Assembly (NCBI RefSeq): GCF_018977255.1
Contig: NW_024704742.1
Location: 81,222,001-81,286,000, forward strand
Length of the DNA stretch: 64,000 nucleotides
Reading direction: 5' to 3'
Source of the DNA: Callorhinchus milii
Lineage: Eukaryota
Part shown: positions 12,468-26,404 of the stretch, in pieces
How the letters are laid out: each line of letters starts with the position of its first letter
Position numbering within the stretch: the stretch's first letter is position 1
Notes under the pieces: generated by a model
Told to the model about the DNA's origin: nothing
The model's database searches: none
The model's input: the letters and a program-made list of their open reading frames with translations, nothing else
Made by a program: the position numbers and the translations under genes

Positions 12468-12781
12468 GGGAACACTGAAGCCAACAAAGTAACTGCACAC
12501 AGCCCGGGAGAGTGTGTGTGTGTGTGTGTGTGTGGATCCTGATCACTTCTCACCAGTTGGGACGAGGAGGAGAAGGAGGAGGAGGAGGAGGGGGCAGTTG
12601 CTGTGTTTTGGTGGCTGGACGCGGTGAGGTAGGTGGTCGGTGTGTGTGTGTGTGTGGGGGGTTTGGGGGTGAGGTGGGGGTTGGTTGAGGGGTTAACAGC
12701 ATTTAAGGGAACTATCTCACAGCTACATCTAAGAGGAGAGGGTCCCAAATCGTGTCTGTCCCCCTCCCCAACGTGTATCTA

Positions 12782-12814
<33 letters not shown>

Positions 12815-13020
12815 AGCTGGTGCTGATGCAAGTTGAATGCAGGGTGTGGAGTCCTTTGCCTACAGTTCAGGAGCAGGTTTGTGGACTCTCGATGCTGCAG
12901 TAACATCTGGCTTTTAGGGTTTAACATCTGCAAACTCAAGAGAGCTCAGGGACAGCACTGAACAGCCCGCAGGCTCTCTGTCTCTCTCTCTCTCTCTCTC
13001 TGTGTCTGTCTGTCTGTGCT
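12215..13020. repeat. Microsatellite cluster: (TGTC), (ACTC), (CT)(CA), (GT), (GAG), (AT)(GT), (CT)
   Basis: Directly visible simple repeats. Confidence 0.9.
12460..12628 (+). promoter_or_regulatory. Putative promoter / non-coding first exon of an unidentified gene
   Basis: TE-poor, GC-richer segment with several CpGs, ending in donor-like GAG|GTAGGT (12629) or GCG|GTGAGG (12624), followed by a GT/G-rich tract; start coordinate is a guess. Confidence 0.3.
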
Positions 13021-15879
13021 GTTTCCATGCCCTTCAGCTACAAAAGTGAATGTTATTGGGGCAATGAATTGAGTGCAGGACTGAGAAACACTTGGGGCTG
13101 AAAAGCGACTGAGCTGTGCTGTTGGTATATCTTTGATCAGAGGTGATAAGCGTGAGAGGAAGAGGCACTGTGTAAAAGGGGGTAAACCTCGTTAAAACTG
13201 TTATCCTGATCCACAACTATGACTGTGCTTGTTTGAAATCTTTTTGCTCTGTGCATGTTTGCAATGCACTGCAATGCAATGTAATGTTGGTGGGTAACTG
13301 TGCTCTGGGCTTGTTTTATTGCAACCAGGTCTTGTTTCTTTTCAAAGGATTTGCTGGAAGGAGTAAACACCTCACAGAGATGGGGCTCTGGGTTTTATTT
13401 CTGTTCTTCTTGTTCATTATCAATTGTAGCAGTAAATTCTGAAACGTGTGTGTGTGTGTGTGTGGTGGGGGGGTGGGGTTTGTTGGAGAGGATGCAATGC
13501 TTTGAGGTTGCATAGTGATAGACTCATCATGCTAATGAGTTAGTGATGAAGGTGGCAAGACAGATATGAAAGGAATACATTGGATTATTGTAACATTTTA
13601 TTGCGTTGAAATGCACTTCACGAGTAATTATAGTCCAGTGTGGTGATGGTCTTCAGTGGTGCTGAGTAAGCTCTCCGAGACACTGCCCAGTGTGAAGAGT
13701 GCTATATAAACGCATGTTGTCGTTGTTGTCTTAGCAGTTAAACACAGCGGACATTTGTACTGGCAAGGTCCATGTACAGCAGTGAGGTGAACGGCAATTT
13801 TAGCTGGAGGATTATTGGCCAAATAATGCTATTTGAGACCTCGGTTTAACATCCCATTCAAAGGGCAGCACCTCTGGCACTGCAGTACCTCCCCAGCAAT
13901 GCACCAGAGTGTTGACCTTGTCCAAGAACCCTCATCCTGAAGTGCAGCTTGAACGCATAACCTTCTGACCCAGTTACCTTGTCTGTACCTCCTGTTTGAC
14001 CTCACTGTTGGCAGCTCTGATTTCTTTGAGACGATGGACTGTATCAGTGGTTGCACTTTCACATCCCGCTCTGCCCTGAGCAGTCACTTTTCTATAAATG
14101 TATTCCATGGTACTAGAGATTCTTTCGTTGGCTTCTCAAAGCAATATTTTCTTTATCTCACATCATCTGGAACTGGAATGGACCTAGCAGCCAATCGTGG
14201 CAACTATGGAAACAAGGCATGACCTCTCTCACTATCAGTAAAAGTACTGACCATAGGATACAAGGGGCTTAAGAGCAAGCTGTCCCAGAAATACAGGCTG
14301 CTCAAAACTAGCTAAAAAAAGCAGATTCCCCCTTTATAAGATCTGTCACTGGAGCAGCAATCTTTCTGTGACTTGTTTCGATGTAGAATCCCAATCTATG
14401 CAACTAATATATTGTTGGTTTTAATATAGCGATTTATTGTGCCTTACGACGTCCTCCCGACATGAAAGGTGCTCTATAAATGTAATTTTGTTGTTTTTGT
14501 TGTTATCATATTATCGAGACATTCACAAGATTTTACTGTGAGGTGCAGTGACTATCTGTAGGAGAATGCAGGAGCCAATTTGCCCACAGCGATGTCCCCA
14601 CAAACAGCCATGAAGTGAAGGACCAATTTTATTTGACCAGGACAGTGAAACAGATTGTCAGTTTTAATGATTGTGCCCGACGTCACCACATTACATTGTT
14701 CTGGCACCAGCCAGGAACAGTCCATTTCGAAAACTTTGAACTAACTGCACAATGTGGCCCAATTGGGGTCAGTTACAAAGTAACATACCTGCTTCACTGC
14801 AAACATCTGTGATTCAGTAGGATAATCATATCCTTAGGTCTTATCTCTTAGAGATAAGGAGGAGTAAATCACGGAACCTTGACCAGATAACAGTGCCACA
14901 TTCAGTCAAAGGTGTCAAATACTGTATGAAAATGACCGTTCCCTTTTTTGCAGTGCCTGCTGTACTAGTGATGGATACTTGAGATGCACTGAAACCCTGG
15001 CGGTCTTTGATTCAGCCTTTAAAGCTGAATTGCCACCACATACCATTTGGACCGTTCTTACCTTTCCCACACCAAACTCCCATTATATCTGCATGACAAA
15101 TGTTTCTTTACCATTGTGGTTAAAATGGGATACGTTCCATGCCTTTTGTGTGAGCATAGGATTGCAGGTTTGCGATATGAAGCTTCCTCCAAAGATATTT
15201 TTTTCTTGTGAGCAGTCTTGTTTTAATGAGATTGCTGAGCTTTTGTGAGATGCTTGGATTCTCTGAATATTAATAAAGAGATTGCTTTAATGTAAAGTCA
15301 ATTCTGTGACACTGTGGTTTGAAGAGATGGTACATATCTGGTAGAAAATGTTAAACTGGGTTAAGCTGGAGACATTGAGCATCACAACCAACATTTGTTG
15401 ATCAAAGTTCCTTTTTTTTACACTTCATACAGTTGTCTTAAAATCTAAGATCAGCCTATCTCAGTTGTTAACACTTTCACTTTTGAGTCAGAAGGTTGTG
15501 GGATCAAGCCCCATATCAGGACTTTGAACTCACAGTCTGGGGCAGACATCCCAGTTAAGTGTCGTTGGCGTTGTCCTTCCAACATGAAAGGCGCTATATT
15601 AAATGCAAAGATTATTACTTTTATTTATTAGTTACAATAATCTTTGCATTTCAAATAATATCTTATCCCATTTTCAAAACATCCTTCTTGGGGGGGAGAG
15701 GTAAGCAGTGTCTTGTTGGACCCCACTTACCTCTGAACTGGGAACAGGATGTCAGAATTGAGCCAGTCCTCTTGATAGTCATGATAGTCCGGTTTCTGAG
15801 CCAGGCAGGTCCACAGTATTCCAGGGCACTGCTGATGACAGCACAGCCAGCCTGGCTCATCGGCAGGACTTGGAAAGGC

Positions 15880-16275
15880 AGATCAATCACTGGGGGCCGG
15901 GAATCACCCCACTCAACTCCTGTTAACCCCACAAACCAAAGCCCTAAAGGACAGGGTGATCCAAGTTGGATAAATAGTGGTAAAGCTTGCAATATCAATG
16001 TCAAGCTATGCGGTTTTAGCTGGTTAGACTCCAGCGATACCTCAACGCACACTCTGAGGTCACCAAGCGTCGGCTCTTGACAACCTGTGCCAAATATTTT
16101 CCGGAATTAGGTAAGCAGTGTGCATCCCTCCAGGGAGACAGTGCGAATTCTATTCCAACAATCTATTTCTGAGATTTCCATGTGTAAGTGGGATGCCTGG
16201 AATCTCAGTTTGGTTTAGATCCTCTTAAGCATAGTAATGGGTTTCCACATGTGTCAGATACTTGGCTGGCACCCC
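15880..16275 (+). repeat. Unclassified ancient interspersed repeat (family A), longest copy
   Basis: Shared motifs ttagctggttagactccagc / gaattaggtaagcagtgtgcatccc / atttccatgtgta.gtgggatgc / tttccacatgtgtcaga recur in other copies in the window. Confidence 0.65.
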
Positions 16276-17164
16276 AAAATTAAAATATCTCCAAGTACTT
16301 CATAGAATTTACTTTAAAGTGTAGTAACTGTGTATTTGTATTTGTACTTGCATTGGATATAGCGCCTTATCACATCTTCGAGACATCTCAGAGTGCTTCA
16401 CAGAATATACTGTAAAGTGAATTGACTGTATATCAAACTTCACAAAGCAATGTCCCATAAACAGTCGTGGCTTGAGTAACCAATTTATCATTGTTAGACA
16501 GAGCTGTTCTAATGCAATGTCGAGCTTTGATGCAAGATTGTTCAGCACCAGAGCACTGAGGGAATGTGGAGAGGCAGTGCCATGGCACTGAAAAGGCAAA
16601 GAGCACCTGTAAGAGTGTGAGTTTCAAGCAGGAGTGTGTATTTCATGCATTGAATGTAGGACAAGGTAGGGGCAGAGCAATGAATATTTTAAACCATGTA
16701 TGTATGGCTCACTCTACTAGAGGGAAGGGTCATCCACTGAAATTCACAAACGATTTAGTAATTTGTGAATCTAGGATTTGTTGGTGCTGAACCTCCAGAA
16801 CGCCACTTCATTTTCATAAAAAATGAAGCTGAGATAAATGTCAGAGAGGAATTGTTGAAGGTTGACTGAGATACATCTGGGTTTCAGTCTTCCGTGGATG
16901 TCGCAAATTGACCCCATGAGCACTTTTCTAATAAGAATCAGTTGACAAAAGGGGCTTGAGATCCACTGTAAAATCCTAATCACTACCTCAGCTGAGATCA
17001 GCCAAATCAATAAAGACCAGCTTTGGAAGTGAACTGAAATTATCACCTTCACTGAGTGGCTGAGCCTTCAACAACTATGCTCCTATCCTCTGGAACTCCA
17101 AGGTGACATGTCAAACAATGAAAAATCTGAATTGTGTCATTCAGGACCCTTACCAGTCCTTTGC

Positions 17165-17375
17165 AGTGGTAGGATGTGCTGTTTTAGTTGGATTAAACTC
17201 CAGCAGTACCCCCAATGCACACTCCAGGGTCCCCAAGCCTTGTCTTTTGCCAACCTGCACTTAATTTCACTGGGATTAGGTAAAGTTGGTGCATCATTCT
17301 GGGGGAGAGTGTGCACTCCACACCAGACAAACAGAAACCATACATATAGGAAACTTAATAGTAGTTTGGTTTAAA
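17165..17375 (+). repeat. Family A ancient repeat copy
   Basis: ttagttggattaaactccagc...ccccaagcctt...gattaggtaaagttggtgcatc. Confidence 0.55.
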
Positions 17376-19165
17376 GACTCTAAAATATAATAATAGGTTT
17401 CCATGAGTGATCATTTATTTAATGGCAGTTTCTGAGACCTTGATGTGTGCAAATTGGCTGCCAGGTTTGCCTATACATATAGTCACTACACTTAACAGCA
17501 GTTGTTTGTGCAGTGGTTTAGGCATTTCAGCATAATAGGCTCTATAATAAACAAGGATTATTCTTATAATTATTATTATGAGTCACCTTGCAGAGAGGAG
17601 AAAAGTGCAAAATATATTTGAAAGTGGTTTACATTAAATCTTATATTCATTATTGATTGATAGTTTCTTGGCTGGTTTTACATCTTAGAAATTGATTTAA
17701 ATGGATCCATTTGCAATTTAAGTAAGCAGTCACAGTGTGGCCTTGTTGTGCATGTGCTGGTTTTGACCTTATGAGTCATAGAAATGGATATTATTCCGGG
17801 TCTTCTGGAAATGAAAATCCATGATAAATGTTTATTTTAAGAGCAACATTATTATGGGTATCACATTGCCTGAATTTGAAGTCAGTTCCATCTTATTGTC
17901 CTGAATCTCCCGAAGGTCATTAGTTCTGGCTACTTCATTCAGTGTAACACAGCTCAGAGCTGAAGTATCATAGCAACAACAACAACTTGGATGTAAAAGA
18001 TACCATAGCACTATTCAAAAAGAGAACAAACCTCCAAATATTGTTCATTCATTTCATGCTTTTGTGGAACACTGATGTGCACAAATTGGCTGCTGCATTC
18101 GCCTGCAAAATGCACACTGTCATAAACATTACAGTATATCCTGTGAAGCATTTTGAATCACCCTCCTGGCATAAGAATTGCTGTATCAAATGCAAGGAAT
18201 AATATTATTATTAAGGATATAAGCATTTGCGAGGCAAAACAAGTCCAAGGTCCAACCAGTTCGCCTTCCACCATCCTGACATCGCATGACATGTTGTGTC
18301 CCAAACTATATACTACATCCTGAAATATTCTTTTGCTAACAGAACTCCATCTAATTTGTTCTTGGAAGAATCAACACCTTCTGCTTCCGCCGTCTCATAA
18401 GGAGTATGAAAATAATTATTATTATTAGGGATATTGAGAAGTAGTTGCAGCAGCACCTGGGTACAACACTTTGGCTGCTTCTTAACATCCTGCATCAATC
18501 CAACACAAATTGCAAATAGGATTGAACCTTGCACATTATTTTTGCCCATTTTTGGAGAAAAGTCCTATATTTTCATTTGCTGTGAGAACCGTATCCTCAC
18601 ATCCAAGATGTCCTTTAGTTTAGGAGAACTCTCAACAATAGGAGCTGGTAACCTTTTGTTCCAGCCAAGATTTGTCCCATTTAAACAGAAGCAAGGAAGG
18701 GGAGGCAGAGAGAAAGCACAGTCTTCTACTGAAGGGAAAGCATTGAGTGTATGGTGTTTTATACTTCCGTACTCTGAAGATGTCAGTTGTACAATTGCCA
18801 CAATTTTGCTATTTCCACTACTAATGAGTGACTTGGAGCCAGAGTTACTAAATGGTCACAAGACCACCAAAAGAGGAGCTTAGGTAATTGTTTTCCCCTG
18901 AGAGAGATGTTGGGAGGTGTACTGCCATGTTAAGTAAGGGTTTCAAGAGGGAAGTAGACAGGTATATGAAGGATACAGATTTGAAGTGGTTATGGGGATA
19001 AGGTAGGGTAGTAGGATAAGGTGGACACCTTGTTGTGACAGTTGGTGCAGACTCAATGGGCTGAATGGCCTCTGCTCGATAAATGTCAATGGTTCTATGA
19101 ATTTCCTATCTTTAGTGTCAAACAAGTGTTTGCCAGTCAAACAAACCATGGCGTGAAACACTAAA

Positions 19166-19184
19166 TGACCACTAGGTGGTATCA
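19166..19184 (+). promoter_or_regulatory. CTCF-like motif
   Basis: TGACCACTAGGTGGTATCA versus core CCAC[CT]AG[AG][GT]GGC, one core mismatch. Confidence 0.25.
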
Positions 19185-21177
19185 CCTCCATCCCCCACGC
19201 TCCGATTTTCAGCGTCAACCCAGCACTTGTCTTGTCATTTTGAGGCAAGGGAATTTTGTTTTTAAACTTTAGGGTCGTGACAATGGGTTAAATGTATTTT
19301 GGTTTGAATATTTATTTCCTGAGCTCAATCGACCGAAGAGCGGTAAACTTTGCGCTCCCCAGCTTGAAAAGTGTTGGGCTGTTAAACACCCACAGATCAT
19401 CACTTACTAGGGTACCATTTGGTACCAGGGTCTCTCCAGTCCGATCTCACTCATGTAGCGTCTTATGTTGTGAATCTACAGAGTGAGAATCAGCACAGTA
19501 TTTGACGTCTGGGTGGGGAGGTGGGTGCAACATTTTAACTGTATCGAATCCCTCCACCCCCTCCTCACCACACGTATTTTGGGTGTTTTTTTCTCTCCCT
19601 TGCCCAGGAGCGCCGAGGCCAATTGTAACACCTCCTGCTGCTGCAATTTGTTATTTTGTGTGTCGCATGGGGTCAGTTTGATTTTGTATTAGGCTAAGGC
19701 AGCACTTGAATGAATTATCTATCATTTTTGTGAAGATATAAAAATATTGGCAAGTCACAGTTCAAATGCCACCTGAATAAATAATGGATCTGGAGCGCAA
19801 TCTGCATTTAGTGTATTTGAGATTTTCTGTTAATTTAAGACCCTGGAATATATCAGAGCGGTTGTTGCAGCCTGACCCTCATTATCAAGTAGTGATTTGA
19901 ATCAATTAATTCAGACCACGTGTTATAATGGGGTAAACTGTAAAAATGGTTAGTACTTCCAGGTCATCAGGTTGTTGATGATGTCACTTCCAGTGCCTTA
20001 ATAATAATGATAATAATCCTTGCATTTGATATAGCGCCGTTTCTGGTATGCCTTGTTTCAGGTGTACAATGCAACTAAATCCTTGCTTTCCCGGGGCTCG
20101 ACTAAAGTACAAACAACTTACATTTATAGTGCCTTTTACAAAGGATAATGTCTTGGATCACTTTACAGTGTCAGGGTTGAATACAGACCGAGAGAGGAGG
20201 ATGGCGTAGAGGTGGGGCCTATAATACTCGGGAAAAGTCAGATAGCTTTCTCAGTCCACCTCACTTTAGAGTGATCACTGTTGAAAAATATGTGACCGAG
20301 TGGATATTGGGTGAGAAAAGGATCGGGTTCAGTTGTGTTGGCAAACCCACAATCAAATGGGCTGTTTTCAGGCTCACACATAAAAGAAGACCACTTGGTT
20401 AGTTATTGGGGGGGTGGGGGGGGTTAGGTGACATCAGTGAGACTGTACCTCAGCGCCACCTCCCAGAGAGAAGGGGGAGAAAGCCTGGAACGAAATGAGA
20501 ATAAAATATTTGACAACACCAGTCAAGGTGACTCTGCTGCTGATTCCGTTCAAGCTCTAGTGCTTTGTAATACTGCATAAATCTGGTCAGCAAATGAGCT
20601 GTAAATACAAATACATCATTGCAACAGCCTCTAGAAATTGATGGAAATCTGGGTTTAGCTGTTTCCTAGTGAACTCGTGATGCTGCTCATTGATTAGTGC
20701 CCGTGCTGGGCTCTTTGTGCTGCTCAGGGAGGAATTAGCTGATAGAATTTTTTCCTGATTAGATATGAAGGGTGTTCTTCACTGATGAATGAATGAAAGC
20801 GCATACAAATGCAATAACTATTGTGACCCCATGGCACTATTCAAAAAAAGAAGGCTGTCCTGGCCAACAGTCCTCTTAAATTGGTCATTCACTTTTTGAC
20901 TGATTGTGGGATTTCGCTGTGTGAACATTGGTTATCATGCTTGCCTATAAAAACAGTCACTACACTTTACAGTACAATAAAACTCACAGAAGTCTGATCT
21001 GTATAAATCATATAATTGCCTAAGCAGTAAATCTGCCCAAATCCTGTTCAAGAGTTTATGACTTTGCACCAGTCGTATTAAATATATGGTGCCAACTGAT
21101 ACGACTTATGTGAGGTTTACTATATATCTTGTGAAGCACTTTGATACGTTATAGTGATGGGATAAAGCGCCACGTCT

Positions 21178-21885
21178 AATACAACAACAACAGCAAAATT
21201 ACATTTGTATACCAATGTTTTTAATTGGTAGCCGCAGAGGGTGGGGTGTTTCCGCAGTCGAGCCTTGAGGTGATGAATGCGTGTATGAAGGTTTTGGCAG
21301 CCTGAAGGATGAGGCAGTGGTGTAGTCGGGCAATGTTGCGGAGGTGGGGGGTGGCATGGATATGGGGTAGAAAGGACAGTTGAGGATCGAACAAGATGCC
21401 CAGGTTCCTGACTGACTTGGCGAGGTGGTGTGTGCATCCCTGGATGCTGATGCTGCTAGTGCCTGAGGTGCTGAGGTGAGGGCGCGAGCCAATCTGAAAG
21501 ACCTCAGTCTTGCTGACATTCAGCTGTAGAAAATTAGCTCTCATGCAGGACTTGATGTCTGACAAATATTCTGTCAGGACGTCAGTTGTCCTGGAGTCGA
21601 GGGTGGAGGCAGAGAGATAGAGTTGGGCGTCATCCGCATACATGTAGAAGTTGACCCCATGTCTGCGGATGATGTCACCAAGAGGGAGCATGTACAGGTT
21701 GAAGAGAAGGGAATGGGGACAGAGCCCTGAGGAACGTCGCACAAGACTATGCGGGGCTGGAAGAGAAACCATTGGGCAAACAAATTGGAGCCAGTGTGAG
21801 AGATAAGACCTGAAACATTCAAGGATACAACCTTGAAGGTTGAGGTGAGAGGAGAGGCGGTGGAGGAGAATAGAGTCATCCACTT
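21178..21885 (-). mobile_element. L2 LINE fragment with internal deletion between SRLD motif and tail
   Basis: ORF 21221-21883: NLYMLPLGDIIRRHGVNFYMYADDAQLYL...NLGILFDPQLSF...TSRLD; (caa)n tail at 21180. Confidence 0.9.
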
Positions 21886-24177
21886 CAGTTTAAAAATATT
21901 CAACAAGTCTGACAATTTTAAGCCAAAATAGTTTTACTGATTGGTGAAATTTCAGGCCTCTGGTAGACAATCCTCTGAGTTCCATGTAATGCGGTTTGCT
22001 TAAGATCCTCAATGATGCATTTCATTCACAACAAAGGCCTGTGTGTATATACGCAACAGGAAAGCGTGGTGCAGTTTTATTCCAATTGCAATCTTTCAGG
22101 ATGGACGTTCGTGCCAGAAACCTGCAGGGGAGGTCATCTGAGAGGAGTTAATGTGGGACACTTTGGCCAGTAGCCTTGAGCTAGTTAGCACAGATTTAAG
22201 GATGTATAGTAAGAGTATCCGTTTCATTTGAGTTTTCTGCCACCAGTGTTGCTAGTGTTTTTTCCTCTCTTATCCTTGGAGTTCCCCATTGTTGAACTTG
22301 CTGGTAGGGTTTTGTGAGATTCTGGTCTCTGTGTATGCAGCAATCATTATCTGTTCAGTCCCCAATATCCACTGAGCAGATAGTACAGTCACATCTGCAG
22401 AGTTCGGAATGCACTGAGATAGCTCGAGGGGAGAAGAAAAATAAATACTTTAACCTGTCTTAAAAGTGTCAGTTCAATATATAATTAACACCTAAAAGAT
22501 TTGGTGTTTAATTTCAGAATGTTTGGTCTTTAAATAAGGATGAACCTACTTTTTTAAAAGCTGGCATTGTGAAAGGCAGATGAAAATGTACTGGGGTAGA
22601 ACTCTCAACGTAAAGTGCCTTTTTCCTCTCTCCCGGGCATTTTCTATTTGTTAATAATATTTATTATTATTAATATTTTCTATTAGTTCATAAAGAGCTG
22701 GAGATATCTTCCTTTTTAAGCTGTAGAAATATCCCCACTTTCTGCTGGTGTATAAAATACAGTCTCACTCTGAAATGTTACTTCGCGTGAAGGGTGCTGT
22801 ATAAATACAAGTTGTTGTTGTTTATAATAAATCCTGTGAAGCATTTTGAGTGAAAGCGCTATATGAAATGCAAGGATTACTATTTGAAGTAAATCTTCTC
22901 TTTAATATAGCAATTCCAGTTGTTTATATTGGCACACACAGTGTTGTAGAAATCCACTCTCACGACACCTCATGGAATCCTGGCATTTCACTCTGATTAG
23001 TCACCAGGATGCTATTCAGCTGATGTCATTTGCAAGATCTGTAAGCCAGCATCTCTGTACAGACAGTCTCCGCTCAGACTTGGGGCTCGATCCAGATTCA
23101 AAGGACGACTTTGTTTGGCAACCAGGTAATACAGGGTTTGTGGTTAGAGAGATCATATTTGAATTTATAATACAACCTTACCTTCACAGATCAACTGCTT
23201 CTGTCAACAGCCTCTTAACGTAAAGGTGGCTGAATTTCCTATTTCTGTACTTAATAATATTAATTATATAGTAATAATCCTTGCATTTGATATAACACCT
23301 TATCACATCATTGAGATGTCTCAAAGCATTTCATAGAATATAGCATAAAGCAAATTGATCGCATATGTTGTGGGAGAACCCTTCGTGGAGTCAACTGTTG
23401 CCTCCACAGTGGGTTGCCTCTGGTTCTGTAATGAACACCTGGAGTGCAGGGAGACCCGATGCTGTCTGTCCATGTGTGAAAACATAGGACATCATCGCGT
23501 AAGATCAATTTAATTGTCAGATCTCTGCGGATGTGTTTGCGCAATGATCCTGGGAAGAAAAGAGTGTGAGCAAAGCCGCCTGACAACATGGAGCATCTCC
23601 TGGCATCTGCTGAGGGTATTTCCTCAGACGTGATTGCAAGACAAATTCTTCACCCCCCCAACAAAAATAAAATATTAGAACACAGAGATAGAGAAATGCC
23701 AGCAAGTGCTCAAAATGTGACACTGAAACTGTCAGAGGCTCTGCTTCAAGGTCATAGGATCTGTCATTTCAACATGGGAATAATCAATATAATCGAGAGG
23801 TTGTGGATTCAAGCTCAGAAAGGGAGGGGGGAGACTTAACAGTCAGCTTAGATCTAATTTCCCAACACAGTGCACAGATTGGAATCGTTTACCCGTGGAG
23901 GCGATGGTGTGGGCAGCTTCAAGAGGAAATTGGATGGAATTTTTAAAAGGGAAACGGGGGAAGGGGCGATGGGGAGGTTTGCGAAATTGTTTTTGAAAAT
24001 GAGACCAGACAGATGGACAGTGGTGTTTTTTACTGCTCCTTGCATCAATTCCTTTGTTTGTGTTGTAAGAATCAGTTCATGAGAGAATCTGTACATTGTA
24101 AATGCTGCCTCTGCTCAGCAATATTCCTTCCTCTTTAACCCTTTTTGACTACTGAAGTTTTTTTTAAAGGATTCTGT

Positions 24178-24545
24178 GGAGTCCAGTAGTGGAGTGCTTA
24201 GAGCAAGCGAGAGGACCTGGGTTTGATTCCCGGCAGGGCGAAACATTAGGCAAGTTTCCTTACACCACACATCTCTATTTTACCAAGCAGTAAGTAGGAA
24301 CCTGGTTATTAGTTGTTTGGTGAATCGCTTTACGGGGGTAATATTACCTTCAATTTTTAAAAAATAATCTTTTGTCACTCAATCCGGAATTGTTTGTGGA
24401 CACTGTATTGTATTGTTGTGCAATTGGCTGCCATATTTCCTCCACAAAATACAGTGAATTCATTTTACAGTATATTCTGTGAGACGTCTCGAAGACATGA
24501 TAAGGCGCTATATCAAATGTAACAAATATTTCTTAGTACTTATTA
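24178..24545 (+). mobile_element. tRNA-derived SINE, older long variant with extra internal segment
   Basis: Same head and tail as the young SINE plus ctctattttaccaagcagtaagtaggaacctgg...gggg insert. Confidence 0.8.
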
Positions 24546-24600
24546 TGGAAAATAAGGATGTACAATCCTTTCCGCCCTCCCCCCGCCCTACCCACCCCCC

Positions 24601-24601
<1 letters not shown>

Positions 24602-24632
<31 letters not shown>
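24602..24632. repeat. (CA)n microsatellite
   Basis: Direct observation. Confidence 0.95.
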
Positions 24633-24636
<4 letters not shown>

Positions 24637-26404
24637 CTGTCCTTCTGCAGCACACTGAATAAAAATGCACAACAGATGGAAAAGTATCAGATTGTGGTGA
24701 ATTCCAGAGACGACAGCCAGAGCTGTGAACTCAGATTTAATGGGAACATCGCAGGAATGTCTCTGCAGTCACCGTATCTGTGTGCTGGGAGTCAGACTTA
24801 CGTGGCATTCCTTAGACAGTCAGTGAAACCCACTTGCGTACCGTGAATTTGCAGTTGGCGTTTCAGAACTGGAGTGAGGCGGACTCAGACTTGAGCTGGC
24901 CTCCACTGTGTCTGAAAAAGCACCATCACTGCACGGCATCATTTTTGTGATAAGTGGTCTTTCGATACCCAATCGCATCAAATATTCGATTAAATATTAT
25001 AATAATCCCCCTAACCCCCCAAAAATATGTGGTCACTCAATCCATGACTTTTTGTGGGACACTACTGTGTGCAATGGGCTGCTGTGTTTCGCCCACAAAA
25101 TCTAGAATCGGACCACTTTACAATATATTCTGTGAAGCACTTTGAGACATCTCAATGACGTGGTAAGACACTATATCAAGTGCAAGGATTATTATTATTC
25201 ACTTTAGGCTGCTGCTGAAGGAAATAACTAGCCTCTTGGATATTTATGCAAATCATTTGAATTCATATGTACTCTGAGGTTGCTATTACTTCGCCTCCCC
25301 TGTGCCCTTGCTCTTTATAGGGGGAGAAATTCCACCTGGATCTAGGTTTACTCAATTTTTGTGGTTGGCATTTCAGAGTGACCGGAATTAACATTTTGAA
25401 ACCATTTTCTCTGTAAATTATTTTTTAAAGAACTCTAGGAAAAATGACGCAAAATTTAATGCAGAATTCAACCGTTTGCCAAAGTTGGTAATTTAGCTAA
25501 TCTCTTGCACCTGCGCACAGCTAACATTTTTTGCAAGATCACTTCCATATCTGAGCCTGACATGGGAGAGTAGACTTGCAGCCACTTTGCACGCTGACAG
25601 GAAGATGCTACACAGGAAGTGCTCTTCACCTCTCTTTTGGTCATTTATATTAGTTCATAAAGATGTGGATGGTGCCTGATAGGTGGTGCAGATGACACCT
25701 ATCTAACTGTTTGGAATCCTATTTGGTGTGATGTTTTAATCCAAAGAAAGGTGATGTTTTAATCCAAAGAAAGACTTGTATTACTTTCTGAGATTTCATT
25801 CACATCAAGATGGGCCAAAAAAAGTGCCATTTGGTACTTTTAATTCAACTACTTTCAATTTGTGAAATCAGTTAATTTCCTGAACTGCTTGTGGAGGATA
25901 GGTTTGAAGTCTCCATGTCCAGGACAGGAATTTGCTACAACTGAGAACAAGCCTTCATGAAAACCAAACTTGCCAGCAAGTATGTAAGAAAAGCCCTTTA
26001 CTCAACTGATCTTAACAGCAGGTAATAGATTCACGGTAAGGTAAATTAATCCACGAGGGAACTGTTCAATTTTTTCAAGGCAGATGTTATCTTCTATAGT
26101 AGTTTTCCTTCTTAAAATCTGGTAGAAATCAAGCTCAAAGGCATGTCAATATGAAAGCAGCTTGTGTTTTAACAATCACCCTTCTGAGACAGTCTGGTGA
26201 CTTGTGTGAGACATGAAAATCCAACAACAATGTAAAGGTTACACCTGGGGTCAGGCTGCTCCACATTTGTCTTCTTTCCCTCTTCAAACTCTAGAGAAAG
26301 GCCTGAAATAAACAAGGTAAAACCAACTGGAACACTCTTTACTCTCTCCTCCTTTCCACTCTTGCTCCATTGCTATGAATAGTCAATACTGTAATTATGA
26401 TGTA

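Noticed and set aside
15559..16080. Overlapping 173-aa and 129-aa ORFs and a minus-strand GAG|GTAAGT donor near 15730
   Set aside because: ORFs run through SINE and ancient-repeat sequence; no recognisable protein.
21221..21883. 220-aa ORF with YADD as a functional reverse transcriptase
   Set aside because: Truncated, frameshifted, internally deleted L2 copy.
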